From: an uncultured Gammaproteobacteria bacterium
Lineage (GTDB): Bacteria > Patescibacteriota > Microgenomatia > Levybacterales > UBA12049
Assembly (NCBI GenBank): GCA_964474445.1
Contig: CAYYSJ010000003.1
Coordinates: forward strand, 17,597-81,596
Length of the DNA stretch: 64,000 nucleotides
Reading direction: 5' to 3'
The notes under the pieces are model-generated. The model searched no databases. It saw only the letters and a list, made by a program, of their open reading frames with translations, and was not told where the DNA came from. Below, one piece after another: positions 1 to 9,071 of this stretch (within the stretch, counting starts at the first letter, position 1; every line of letters starts with the position of its first letter). A program made the position numbers and the translations under genes.

Positions 1-580
1 TTTCTGGTTTGCCAAGACCCTTTACATCTATCCAAGGCTCACCAGTTTTTTCATCTTCCTTAACTCTTGGAACAAGATTGAGTTCATCGTTACTGATAAT
101 AAGTAGTGAATCAGAAGTGAGAGCCTTCCTGAGTGATTGCATCTCACCAGAGCCGTCTCGTCTTGCTTGCATAATTTGAGTTTCGGCACTAATAATTTTT
201 GATTGAGCAGCGATAAATACGTCTGGGTCGTGTGCCTCATCTACTGCAGAGAGTCTCATGACAGGAATATTTTCATGCACAGATTCTTGAATAATTTGCT
301 GTAAATCTTCACGACGGATAGAATTTTGTCCTGCATACAAAACTGCTGAAAGGGTCTGGTTACCGATGGGTTCTGTGGGTAGTAGGAGAGGTTGATGTTC
401 GGTAAGTGTTTCATGAACCCTTGATAAAAGAGCCGGATAATCAGTATAGGTATGAAGAGGATGGAGTTCGGATAGTGCTTGAGAGAGTCTTTGTTCGCGT
501 GAAGAAAGTGCAGATAATCTGCCTTGGTGTTCTCTTGGTTGCGGTGGAGGGGTAACGGCCCTGCTTTGAACCTTTTCCAT
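1..580 (-). CDS. Hypothetical protein, N-terminal 193 aa only; the ORF runs off the window start
   Basis: Minus-strand frame is open from the ATG at 578-580 to position 2 with no stop codon. The supplied ORFs 28..240 and 256..588 are in a different frame and have low-complexity translations. This frame translates as MEKVQSRAVTPPPQPREHQGRLSALSSREQRLSQALSELHPLHTYTDYPALLSRVHE..., which is plausible protein but belongs to no family I recognise. Confidence 0.5.
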   Translation of the reverse strand, partial: MEKVQSRAVTPPPQPREHQGRLSALSSREQRLSQALSELHPLHTYTDYPALLSRVHETLTEHQPLLLPTEPIGNQTLSAVLYAGQNSIRREDLQQIIQESVHENIPVMRLSAVDEAHDPDVFIAAQSKIISAETQIMQARRDGSGEMQSLRKALTSDSLLIISNDELNLVPRVKEDEKTGEPWIDVKGLGKPE

Positions 581-611
581 AGGATCACGTCAAATAGTAA
601 AAGTGCTTACT

Positions 612-623
612 TTTGCGCGCAAA
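612..623. promoter_or_regulatory. Perfect 12-bp palindrome TTTGCGCGCAAA in the upstream region of the minus-strand gene at 1-580
   Basis: Read directly. The GC-rich core contrasts with the AT-rich surroundings. It could be an operator. Confidence 0.3.
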
Positions 624-1042
624 GTGGGAGAAAGAACGACAAACAAAACTGAAGTTTTGGGGTTTCACAATTCATTTTACTTGTGAGGCTAGGAAGCTGT
701 CAATAAACCAAAAATGCTATGGGATTGACTAAAGACCTATAATGTGTTAAAATTACTCATGGAGCCTAAAAAACTTCACTTTTATAGACTAATTTCTTAT
801 TTTCTCCTGATCTTCTGCGGCCAAAAAATCCTTTCGTCATTGCGAGTACAATGCACCGCTTCAAAGAAGCTAGTCCTCTTGGGGGAAAACAATCTGTTTT
901 CTTTTTTTGTTCGAGCAACGTCGAGAACTATTTCCTTTATCATTTCTGGATTTCCAATGTGCCAATACTTTTAATGCATTTTCAAAAAGAAAGGAGATGA
1001 AGAAAAATAACAAAAAGAATAGAAAATAGTACTTATTTTGAA

Positions 1043-1420
1043 ATGACACCAGAAGAACGTGCTAAAAAAGCTGCGCAACTTGCAGAACAATCAGCACAAT
1101 TTGCAGCACAAAGTCCGAGAGATCGAGAGATTACTGCCATGTTTGTAACACTTGTGGAGCAAATTGGCCTTCCAATCTCTGCTGAATCTATTGCGGCTGC
1201 AGTCACCTCTGGTCTTTTGGCAGAAGAGCGGGCAGTGCGACCTGGAGGATTCGGAGATGTCACCTTTCCTGGTGATGCTAGTAATCTTCCTTATGAAAAG
1301 AGTGCTTTAGCACAAGGTGGTCTTGGAGGAACAAGAAAGATGGTCCATCAGACAAGTGGCAGAGTTCCACAAGGGAACTGGCAGGTAATAAGACCAGACG
1401 CAGAAGGGAAAAATCAATAA
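1043..1420 (+). CDS. Hypothetical small acidic, Ala-rich protein (125 aa)
   Basis: ORF with locally raised GC relative to its flanks. No family recognised. A hairpin terminator follows it. Confidence 0.45.
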   Translation: MTPEERAKKAAQLAEQSAQFAAQSPRDREITAMFVTLVEQIGLPISAESIAAAVTSGLLAEERAVRPGGFGDVTFPGDASNLPYEKSALAQGGLGGTRKMVHQTSGRVPQGNWQVIRPDAEGKNQ

Positions 1421-1431
1421 CGTTTGAGATA

Positions 1432-1470
1432 AAGCAAAGAAGTTCCGACTATGTTCGGAGCTTCTTTGCG
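1432..1470 (+). terminator. Hairpin (aaagcaaagaagttccga / tcggagcttctttgc) downstream of the 1043-1420 ORF
   Basis: Near-perfect ~15-bp inverted repeat with a 4-nt loop. The following T-run is weak. Confidence 0.4.
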
Positions 1471-1620
1471 AGTCAAATCTTAATACTTTCATCAGCATTT
1501 AATACTCTTGTCAGCATGATACAGTAAAGTACTCTTTACTACATCCAGTAGGCACAACCTCCTCCTTCAAATTGCATAATTTTCCTCTGAAGAACTTTCT
1601 GGGGATATGGTCCGACTCAC

Positions 1621-4026
1621 ATGGATGTAGTTGACAACGTCTGCAATTACATTACAATAGCTAAGGGCTTTTTTATGAGATCTCCTACATTATCAAAACG
1701 AATTAACTACATAGTAGACAGTAAACACTCATCTGCAAGTCGTATTATTCCATTCGCCACAGGTAACAGAAAAAAAGTTGAAGAACTAGAGGAGCTTGGA
1801 ATTCATGCAGAAGTTGCGCCACATATTAAACCACTAGAGGTTCAAGGTACTCCCGAAGAGGTCCTTCGAGCAAAAGCAAAAGATGCATATGAAAAGAATA
1901 ATGGTATTCCAACACTCGTTGAGGATACTTCCTTTAGTATTGATGATTTAGGTGGTTTTCCAGGAAGTTATGTAAAAGAAGTCTTGGGGACAAGAGAACA
2001 GCGAGAATTCTGGTGCAAAAAAATTAGTGATGAAAATAGGGGGGTAACATTTCGAGTGGGACTTGCAATCTTTGATGGACAAGAAGTGCAAGAGAGGTGG
2101 GGAGAAACTCGAGGATCGATTGCCGAGGCACCCCTTGGTCCTGCGAGCTTTGCGTTTGATGATATTTTTATTCCTGAAGGTGCAAAGAAAACATATGCAC
2201 AAATGACACTTCAGGAAAAAATGAAAACGTCTCCTCGAGCAAAAGCATACCATGCACTGGTCAAAAAACCGTTTTCTTTTGGGGGAGAAATCTGGCAATT
2301 GCAAGAGCCGATGGAGTTCATGCTGCGCAGGATAAATCTGTCAGAATTAGCCAAACATTCTGATGCGGTCAATTTTGCATATAGTTTGGATGTGTTACAA
2401 AAAGCAGGAGTAAAGCCACAAAAAACATTCGAAGTTGAAAAAATTGCACCCTATTATAAAAGGATCTATGCGCAGGGAGCAGTAATTGAATACACCCTTG
2501 ATCCCACGTCTTCTGGTATGGGACTGGTGTTGTTATCAGAAGTTGATTTAAAGACAATTCCTACAGAAGAGGGGAGAAAACCTCTTCGACTTGATGTAAA
2601 GATATTTGAAAACCCAGAAAATCCTGAGATGCCGTATGTTGAACCACTCCTTTTTCAAATGGGTCCAAAAGCAATGAAAGTTGCTCTTGCATCTCGTGCT
2701 GCAGAATTTATCGACATGCATTCTCCTGATATGCATCAGTATATTCGAGATTTACTTTCAGGACGTGTTCCTCATGTGGCCAGAACAAATACCAGATCGG
2801 AAGTGCTGGAAGACATTTTAGGAATGAAAGTACATACAGACGAGCACGGGACACATACTGTTATTGACTCTGCCTATGTTGCAATAGCAACAAAGGAGTT
2901 AGGGTATAAAAGAGAGTCTCACACTGATACATTAAGCCGCAAAACTGCAACAAAAGGGACTCTTCTGTTAGGTCCTGATGGCGTTGTTTCTGGCCTTTTT
3001 GCATATGGAGGAATGCCTCCTGTGACTGGTTCAGTTGATAGTGTGGTAACAGCGGCGATGTCCTACATGCGGGTATGGATTCCTCGAAATGGTGTTTTCG
3101 CTGGCAATTTTGAAAGACAACTTGGTCTTTTTAAAGAAGCAAAGAAAAAGATCGCATCATTCGGCTTGCCAAAAGATATTGAGGAGCAGGTTATCAAACA
3201 AATTGGCATTGCTGTTGGATGCGAGAATCCGGAACATATTGCTCAGGATGTCAAAAGATTCAAACGGGCAGGGGGACATGCTGTTCGTATTTATACAACT
3301 AATCCTGATATTCGTATTGTTGAGACAGCAGAAGCGATATACCAGGCAGTTGGTGACGATTTCCTCATTTGCGTTGGCCCAGTAACTGATGCAGCACAGG
3401 CAAAACTTCTGCATACACGAGGACATGTGAGGATGTTTTTGATTGGTCATGGTGGAGGAGAAAATTGTACCTCTCTTACTGCAGGAGGTGCAGCAAATTC
3501 GATAGAAATTTTATATGAAATGTACTTGGATAAACTGTTCAATGATAGTCTGATTGGTCTTGAAGGGGGGACGGGAACAACGATTGGAGCACTCCTTCCT
3601 ATGCTTGATGTGATATCCCTCAATAGACGTGGATCAGGAGGTATTGAATGTACAGGTGGCTTATATGCCAAGAAACATGTTCATGGACAGGAGGTTCCCG
3701 TTTTGCCTTATCATGGGAGTGCCAGTGCGGTGACACAACTTATTGAAAGTTATATGGATCCTGAGATTGCGAACAGGAGATTGGGACTTGATGGAATAGT
3801 CCGAGCAGTTGAAGGAAAGCCAAATTATATGGTGATGAGTGATCCTGCTCGAAGTAACGTCAACCGCATTCGAGAATCCCGATCCTATGCTGGACTTGCG
3901 TTAGCAGATCAGCAGGCAATGAGTGTCTATCAGCTTCGTAAGAAGGTTGCCCAACATGGACATAATCATGTTGGTATTTCTTCAGCATCAAGTGTGGTTG
4001 CTAACGAGCATAGAAGTGGTATCTGA
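1621..4026 (+). CDS. Fusion protein: N-terminal Ham1/RdgB-type non-canonical NTP pyrophosphatase (ITPase) domain plus C-terminal IMPDH/GMP-reductase-family TIM-barrel domain (801 aa)
   Basis: The N-terminal region carries the ITPase motifs FATGNRKK, VEDTSFSIDDLGGFPGSY, FAFDDIF and a SPRAKA segment matching the Ham1 SHRgrA region. The C-terminal region follows the IMPDH/GMPR catalytic-loop pattern: AVGCENPE..RAGGHAVRIYTTNPD..ICVGPV..MFLIGHGGGENCTSLTAGG..LIGLEGGTGT..GGLYAKKHVHGQ, with the Cys retained. The true start may be the ATG at 1675 (MRSPTL...). Confidence 0.6.
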   Translation: MDVVDNVCNYITIAKGFFMRSPTLSKRINYIVDSKHSSASRIIPFATGNRKKVEELEELGIHAEVAPHIKPLEVQGTPEEVLRAKAKDAYEKNNGIPTLVEDTSFSIDDLGGFPGSYVKEVLGTREQREFWCKKISDENRGVTFRVGLAIFDGQEVQERWGETRGSIAEAPLGPASFAFDDIFIPEGAKKTYAQMTLQEKMKTSPRAKAYHALVKKPFSFGGEIWQLQEPMEFMLRRINLSELAKHSDAVNFAYSLDVLQKAGVKPQKTFEVEKIAPYYKRIYAQGAVIEYTLDPTSSGMGLVLLSEVDLKTIPTEEGRKPLRLDVKIFENPENPEMPYVEPLLFQMGPKAMKVALASRAAEFIDMHSPDMHQYIRDLLSGRVPHVARTNTRSEVLEDILGMKVHTDEHGTHTVIDSAYVAIATKELGYKRESHTDTLSRKTATKGTLLLGPDGVVSGLFAYGGMPPVTGSVDSVVTAAMSYMRVWIPRNGVFAGNFERQLGLFKEAKKKIASFGLPKDIEEQVIKQIGIAVGCENPEHIAQDVKRFKRAGGHAVRIYTTNPDIRIVETAEAIYQAVGDDFLICVGPVTDAAQAKLLHTRGHVRMFLIGHGGGENCTSLTAGGAANSIEILYEMYLDKLFNDSLIGLEGGTGTTIGALLPMLDVISLNRRGSGGIECTGGLYAKKHVHGQEVPVLPYHGSASAVTQLIESYMDPEIANRRLGLDGIVRAVEGKPNYMVMSDPARSNVNRIRESRSYAGLALADQQAMSVYQLRKKVAQHGHNHVGISSASSVVANEHRSGI

Positions 4027-4097
4027 TATTCATGATGTGTATTGTTCACGTTTGTTCTAAAAAATCCTACTTGTACAGGTAGGTATTATTATCTATA

Positions 4098-5438
4098 GTG
4101 ATTGTCATCATGATGAAACATCTTCAAAAAACCGATCCGCAAGTCTACAAACTCATCAAGGGAGAAGAAGAGCGCCAAAAAGATGTGTTAGAAATGATTC
4201 CTTCAGAAAATTATACATCCCAAGCTGTTATTGAGACATTAGGATCAGTTCTCACCAATAAATATTCAGAAGGATACCCTCGAAAACGATATTATCAGGG
4301 AAATGAAGTGATTGATAGTGTTGAAGAATTAGCACAAGAGCGAGCAAAAGAGCTTTTTGGTGTGCCCTATGTGAATGTCCAACCATATTCAGGAAGTCCA
4401 GCGAATGCGGCCATTTATATGGCTGTACTGCGTCCAGGACAAAAGTTAATGGGGCTTGCCCTTGATCATGGAGGACACATTACTCACGGACTTGAAGTGA
4501 TTGGGTTCTCCGGTACTTTTTATAAAACAGCTCATTATCATGTGAGTTCAAAAACACGACAACTGGATTATGATGAAGTGGAGAAAGAAGTCCTCAAAGA
4601 AAAGCCTGATCTCCTTATTTGTGGATTTACCGCATATCCTCGCATTATTAACTGGGCACGGTTTAGAGAAATTGCAGACAAAGCAGGGTGCTACCTTATG
4701 GCTGATATATCACATATCACAGGTTTGGTAATAGGAGGAGCCCATCCATCCCCAGTGCCTTTTGTTGATGTTGTGATGACAACAACTCATAAAACACTCC
4801 GCGGTCCACGAGGAGCAATGATTATGGTGACAGAAAGAGGTCTACAAAAAGATCCTGACTTACCAAAACGCATTAACACGGCTGTTTTCCCAGGATTACA
4901 AGGAGGGCCACATGACAACCAGACGGCAGCGATTGCTGTTGCACTCAAAGAAGCATCCTCAGCGAGTTTTAAAAAATATGCAGTACAAATTGTAAAGAAT
5001 GCAAAGAAATTAGCAGAAGAATTGGTAAAAGGTGGACTTGAACCAGTATCTGGTGGAACAGATAATCATTTGATTTTGGTAGATTTACAGAATAAACAGG
5101 TGAGTGGAAAAATTGCAGCAGAAGCACTTGAGGCAGCAGGGGTAGTCCTCAATTACAATTTAGTACCTTATGATCCAATGCCTCCTATGTATACATCAGG
5201 TATTCGTATGGGCACTCCTGCTATCACAACTCGAGGGCTTAAAGAGAGAGATATGGTAAAGGTTGCTGATTGGATAGTGAGGGCAATAAAAGAAGTTGAA
5301 GGATATTCACTTCCTGAGGATAAAGAAAAAAGACAAGAGTTAGTCAAAGAATATCGAGCAAAAATTGCAAAAAATAAAAATCTTCAAAAAATTGCCCAGG
5401 AAGTAAAATCATTCCTCAAAAAATTCCCAGTCCCATAA
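4098..5438 (+). CDS. glyA: Serine hydroxymethyltransferase
   Basis: Classic SHMT sequence throughout (DVLEMIPSENYTS, YSEGYPRKRYYQG, VQPYSGSPAN, HGGHITHG, TTTHKTLRGPRG). The start may be the ATG at 4110 or 4113. Confidence 0.95.
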   Translation: MIVIMMKHLQKTDPQVYKLIKGEEERQKDVLEMIPSENYTSQAVIETLGSVLTNKYSEGYPRKRYYQGNEVIDSVEELAQERAKELFGVPYVNVQPYSGSPANAAIYMAVLRPGQKLMGLALDHGGHITHGLEVIGFSGTFYKTAHYHVSSKTRQLDYDEVEKEVLKEKPDLLICGFTAYPRIINWARFREIADKAGCYLMADISHITGLVIGGAHPSPVPFVDVVMTTTHKTLRGPRGAMIMVTERGLQKDPDLPKRINTAVFPGLQGGPHDNQTAAIAVALKEASSASFKKYAVQIVKNAKKLAEELVKGGLEPVSGGTDNHLILVDLQNKQVSGKIAAEALEAAGVVLNYNLVPYDPMPPMYTSGIRMGTPAITTRGLKERDMVKVADWIVRAIKEVEGYSLPEDKEKRQELVKEYRAKIAKNKNLQKIAQEVKSFLKKFPVP

Positions 5439-5476
5439 ATTTTCTTGTTTTTTAAATAATCTCTTATATTTTCCTC

Positions 5477-5504
5477 TTGACTACTAAAAAAATCCTGATA
5501 TAGT
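5477..5504 (+). promoter_or_regulatory. Sigma70-like promoter TTGACT-16-TATAGT, 14 nt upstream of the ATG at 5519
   Basis: Hexamers and spacing read directly. The mRNA would be near-leaderless with no Shine-Dalgarno sequence. Confidence 0.45.
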
Positions 5505-5518
5505 ACATATCTATTACC

Positions 5519-5767
5519 ATGAGCATTGTTAGAGAAACACCACATGATCCTTCAGAAGGAGACACTTTTGTAAATTATACTAGAGACGAATTCGATAGGT
5601 ATTCTTCAGGAGGAGATCGAAGGCGAAATCCATCTTTAGGTGATGCAAGACGTGCTAATAGAGAGACCGCAGCTGCTTTAGTTGGCGGAGATGTGCCTGT
5701 GGCAAAGAGAAATAGACTACAAAGGGAAGCTATTGTTCGCCGTCCTTTTACAAGTAATAGAGGCTAA
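5519..5767 (+). CDS. Hypothetical small Arg/Asp-rich hydrophilic protein (82 aa)
   Basis: ORF with higher GC than flanks and its own promoter. No family recognised. Confidence 0.4.
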   Translation: MSIVRETPHDPSEGDTFVNYTRDEFDRYSSGGDRRRNPSLGDARRANRETAAALVGGDVPVAKRNRLQREAIVRRPFTSNRG

Positions 5768-5861
5768 TTTTTTTATTACTCTCATGGATTTCCTCATATT
5801 CAGTAATTCTCAGCAAACTTATTGAAAAGATATAAGACCTTATAGTATAATAGCGTGTATT

Positions 5862-6071
5862 ATGGCAAAAAGAACGAGAAGAGTTAGCGAAGGTTCTGTT
5901 CCTTCTGGAACTATGGATTTCTTTTCTCTGTTGGACCGAACAGAACATGAACAAACGGGGAGAGCTGCCTATAAAGAAAGAAAAGGCCCAGATGGTTTAC
6001 ATAGTGAAGCGTTGGAAGCATATGATCAAGCGGGAGCTATAGACCGTTATAGGGAGAGAAATGGAATATAA
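5862..6071 (+). CDS. Hypothetical small Arg/Glu-rich hydrophilic protein (69 aa)
   Basis: ORF with higher GC than flanks. A TATAGT/TATAAT -10 element lies ~10 nt upstream of the ATG with no Shine-Dalgarno sequence. Confidence 0.4.
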   Translation: MAKRTRRVSEGSVPSGTMDFFSLLDRTEHEQTGRAAYKERKGPDGLHSEALEAYDQAGAIDRYRERNGI

Positions 6072-6186
6072 TTCCATTATTGTTTTCTCTCCTCACTTTT
6101 GGTAAAATATACTCATTATACATACTCAGTGAATATAATCCTTGATTACTACATGCACTGAGTAGAGGAATAAAGGATTATTTATT

Positions 6187-7020
6187 ATGAAAGCTATTTC
6201 ACTTGAAGAACTTCTCGAAGCAGGTTGCCATTTTGGCCACCAAGTAACACGACAAAATCCAAAAGCACGAGAATTTGTTTTCGAATCACGAGACAATATT
6301 CATATTATTGACCTTGCTAAAACCAAAGAAGGTTTAGAAGAGGCAGCACAATTCTTACTTGAAACAGCAAAAAAACCAGAAAGCACTCTCCTTATTGTTG
6401 GTACAAAAAGACAAGCAGTTCCAATTCTTGAAGAAGAACTTAATAGAGTAAAAGGTGAGACTCCACTTGGTATTTTCACTGTTACCAAAAGATGGATGGG
6501 TGGAACCCTTACCAATACTCTTGCAATTGCAAAAAATTACGCACGGCTGAAGGAATTAAAAGAAAAACTTCATACTGATGAATGGAAAGCAAAATACACG
6601 AAGAAAGAGCTCATGCTTTTTGATCGAGAAATGCAAAAATTGGGAGAGTACTACGGTGGTATTGCTGACATGAAAAAACTTCCTGATGCACTTTTTGTTA
6701 TTGATACTCATACTGAAGATTTAGCTGTAAGAGAAGCACGACGAATGAGAATTCCAGTTGCTGGTATCGTTGACACCAATGCAGATCCAGACTTAGTTGA
6801 TTATGTTATTCCAGCAAATGATGATGCTGTTGGATCCTTAAAACTTCTTATCAGCTACATTCTTGATGCATGGGTAGAAGGAAAGACAGGAAAAGAAGTC
6901 AAAGCAGAGAAAAAAGAAGTAAAAAAAGAAGAGATAGTTGAAGAAAAAGCTGACGAAAAGGAAGAGACAGTAAAAGAAGAAAAACCAGCAAAGAAAGCTA
7001 CAAAGAAAGCAGAAAAATAA
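6187..7020 (+). CDS. rpsB: 30S ribosomal protein S2 with a Lys/Glu-rich C-terminal tail
   Basis: The S2 signature is clear: LLEAGCHFGHQ.TR.NPK, the I.DL.KT region and VDTN.DPD. The repetitive K/E tail is coding, not a DNA repeat. Confidence 0.95.
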   Translation: MKAISLEELLEAGCHFGHQVTRQNPKAREFVFESRDNIHIIDLAKTKEGLEEAAQFLLETAKKPESTLLIVGTKRQAVPILEEELNRVKGETPLGIFTVTKRWMGGTLTNTLAIAKNYARLKELKEKLHTDEWKAKYTKKELMLFDREMQKLGEYYGGIADMKKLPDALFVIDTHTEDLAVREARRMRIPVAGIVDTNADPDLVDYVIPANDDAVGSLKLLISYILDAWVEGKTGKEVKAEKKEVKKEEIVEEKADEKEETVKEEKPAKKATKKAEK

Positions 7021-7021
7021 T

Positions 7022-7474
7022 ATGGCAGTTGATATTAAACTCATCAAAAAACTCCGAGATGAAACCAGTATTTCTGTGTCTGAAGTCAGACAAGCTCTTG
7101 AAGAGGCAAACAATGATTACAATAAAGCATTAGAAATTCTCAAGAGTAAAGCAGCAGAAAAAGCAGCTAAGAAGGCAGATAGGGAAACAGGAGAAGGAAT
7201 TGTTGAAGCATATATTCATGGTGGTGGGAAAATCGGCGTTATGGTGATGCTCTTGTCTGAAACAGATTTCGTTGCGAGAACTGATGAATTTAAACAGTTA
7301 GCTCATGAAATAGCCATGCAAGTTGCTGCAATGGACCCAAAAGATGTTACTGAACTTCTTCAACAGGAATTTATTAAAGATCCTTCAAAGACAATTGAAC
7401 AAATGGTGAAGGAAGCAATCCACAAAACAGGCGAAAATATTGTAGTGAAAAAATTCGAGAGATTTGCTATATAA
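7022..7474 (+). CDS. tsf: Elongation factor Ts, short form (150 aa)
   Basis: Carries the EF-Ts N-terminal UBA-like motif (IKKLRDETSISVSEVRQALEEANNDYNKALEIL) and lies immediately downstream of rpsB. Confidence 0.9.
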   Translation: MAVDIKLIKKLRDETSISVSEVRQALEEANNDYNKALEILKSKAAEKAAKKADRETGEGIVEAYIHGGGKIGVMVMLLSETDFVARTDEFKQLAHEIAMQVAAMDPKDVTELLQQEFIKDPSKTIEQMVKEAIHKTGENIVVKKFERFAI

Positions 7475-7484
7475 TAGAAAAGAT

Positions 7485-8036
7485 ATGGATCCAGTACTTC
7501 AGGAAACCTCTTCTCGCATGCATAAGGTCCTCGACCTTCTTAAACAAGATTTAGCAACCATTCGTACCGGTCGTGCAATGCCATCTTTAGTTGAAAATAT
7601 TATCATCAATGCATATGGTGGCAGTGCAAAACTCAAAGTCGTGGAAATGGCTACAATCCATGCTCAGGATTTGCAGACACTTGTTATTACTCCTTTTGAC
7701 CAATCAACGATTCACGAACTAGAGAAGGGAATTCAGGAAGCAAATATTGGCCTCAATCCTGTTGTTGATACACCAATTGTCAGAATTACCATCCCACCAC
7801 TTTCTCAAGAAAGACGACAAGAACTGATTCATCTTATGAAACAAAAATTGGAAAATGGCCGAATTATGGTCAGGCAAGCTCGCCAAGACGGGATGAATGA
7901 GATTAAGAAAAATGAAGAATTATCAGAAGATGAAACAGCACGGCTTGAAAAGGAAGTACAAAAAGCAACTGATGATGCAATGGGTCAAATAGAAGCAATG
8001 GGGAAGCAAAAAGAAGAAGAACTCCTCCAAATCTAA
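7485..8036 (+). CDS. frr: Ribosome recycling factor
   Basis: Shows the RRF pattern (LATIRTGRA.PSL...GLNP...IRI.IPPLS.ERR.EL). The supplied ORF starts at 7464, but the conserved N-terminus begins at MDPVLQ (7485). No pyrH lies between tsf and frr. Confidence 0.9.
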   Translation: MDPVLQETSSRMHKVLDLLKQDLATIRTGRAMPSLVENIIINAYGGSAKLKVVEMATIHAQDLQTLVITPFDQSTIHELEKGIQEANIGLNPVVDTPIVRITIPPLSQERRQELIHLMKQKLENGRIMVRQARQDGMNEIKKNEELSEDETARLEKEVQKATDDAMGQIEAMGKQKEEELLQI

Positions 8037-8073
8037 TTACGACAACTCTTTGATTGAAAAATGAGTTACAAAT

Positions 8074-9009
8074 TTAGGCAGCAGCAACAAGACGTTCTAT
8101 TTCTGCATTGATTCCTTTCATTACTACTTGATTCACTGCAAAATCAATTCCCCAAGTTTTACATTTTTTTCCAAATTTAGCACTTAGTTCTCCTATATGA
8201 GTATTATAGTGTTCATATAGCCTTTTGCTATAGTCGCTAGTACTCTCATTTGGCTTTCTTGTTGGAACTTCAATGTGTTGACGTGAACTTGTAAGATCAA
8301 TAAGAAAAGGAAACATTTCTGAAGTATCTCCTTTACCTACTCGGTGAAAAAGAATATTGCCAGGATTTGGATCTTCGGTCCAATAGCCGTATCTCAAGTA
8401 AAGGGCTACTGCGTCTTGAAATACTGCATGATAGACTTTTTGAGCCCATGCTTTTACATCATCATGAAGAGTATGAAATGTAATCTTTTCGGGTTTCTTC
8501 CTGCCTGGAAGACTCTCGATAAAGCAATATTCTAACGAGTCACCGAAATGTGGACTAATAAAAGCGATTTGCTCAGCGCCGTCAGGCAGAGTAACTGTCT
8601 CCAATCGAAGTTGGTGTGCCAAGTGTCCGACTCCTGCTAACTCCATTGCTCTTTTTTGCATGGTAACGCCCAAACGAAGTTGTTTATCTAATTGTTCGAG
8701 ATGGATTGGGATAGTAGCTCGTTGTTCTGGGGTAAGAGCTGGGAGCATTTTAAGCCATTCTCCTGTGACGGGATTATAACAAATTTCGTACGTGGGAGTA
8801 GCATTTGGCGCAAATTTTTTTTCTGATGCCCCACCTTTAACCGAAAACCATTCTTGTTGTCTGCCATTCATCCTGAGAGTTAATGTCTTTCTCCTACGAA
8901 AGGTATTTACTTCCACATCCTCGGCATGTTGTGATGAATGAAATTCAGGTTTATGGTCGAGTGATTTGAGAATTCTTTCAGGTGGTTCCCCGATACGTTG
9001 TTCTAACAT
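8074..9009 (-). CDS. Hypothetical protein (311 aa), possibly with a protein-kinase-like (APH/ChoK/Kdo-kinase-type) fold
   Basis: The motifs DPNPGNILFH and FLIDL resemble the catalytic-loop and metal-binding motifs of small-molecule kinases. This is weak, unaided recognition. Confidence 0.35.
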   Translation of the reverse strand: MLEQRIGEPPERILKSLDHKPEFHSSQHAEDVEVNTFRRRKTLTLRMNGRQQEWFSVKGGASEKKFAPNATPTYEICYNPVTGEWLKMLPALTPEQRATIPIHLEQLDKQLRLGVTMQKRAMELAGVGHLAHQLRLETVTLPDGAEQIAFISPHFGDSLEYCFIESLPGRKKPEKITFHTLHDDVKAWAQKVYHAVFQDAVALYLRYGYWTEDPNPGNILFHRVGKGDTSEMFPFLIDLTSSRQHIEVPTRKPNESTSDYSKRLYEHYNTHIGELSAKFGKKCKTWGIDFAVNQVVMKGINAEIERLVAAA

Positions 9010-9071
9010 CTTCTTACATCCCTTTTACTTGTTATTTACTTTTTACATTTACTTTTACTTTATTATCATAT

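Noticed and set aside
28-588. Supplied minus-strand ORFs 28..240 and 256..588
   Set aside because: Both are in the same frame and give low-complexity translations. The third minus frame is open from ATG 578-580 to the window edge and gives a protein-like sequence, so that frame is annotated instead.
726-744. TTGACT ... TATAAT pair at 726-744
   Set aside because: The spacing is only 7 bp, which is incompatible with a sigma70 promoter.
744-974. Plus-strand 76-aa ORF in the long intergenic region
   Set aside because: Low-complexity, hydrophobic junk-like translation with no RBS. It lies in AT-rich promoter DNA.
1948-3671. Several antisense ORFs inside the Ham1-IMPDH gene (1948..2304, 2369..2557, 2548..2736, 3089..3385, 3157..3450, 3447..3671)
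   Set aside because: They are embedded in a well-supported sense CDS, and their translations are Cys/Phe/Lys-rich low-complexity typical of an AT-rich antisense strand.
6838-7113. Antisense ORF with FFFFYCLF repeats over the rpsB tail
   Set aside because: It is the reverse complement of the Lys/Glu-rich S2 C-terminal tail, so it is not an independent gene. The apparent DNA repeat (aaagaag units) is coding low-complexity, not a CRISPR or tandem repeat element.
9009-9070. ttac/tttac-rich stretch resembling short repeats
   Set aside because: Irregular low-complexity promoter-region DNA. It has no spacer-repeat periodicity and no cas genes in the window.
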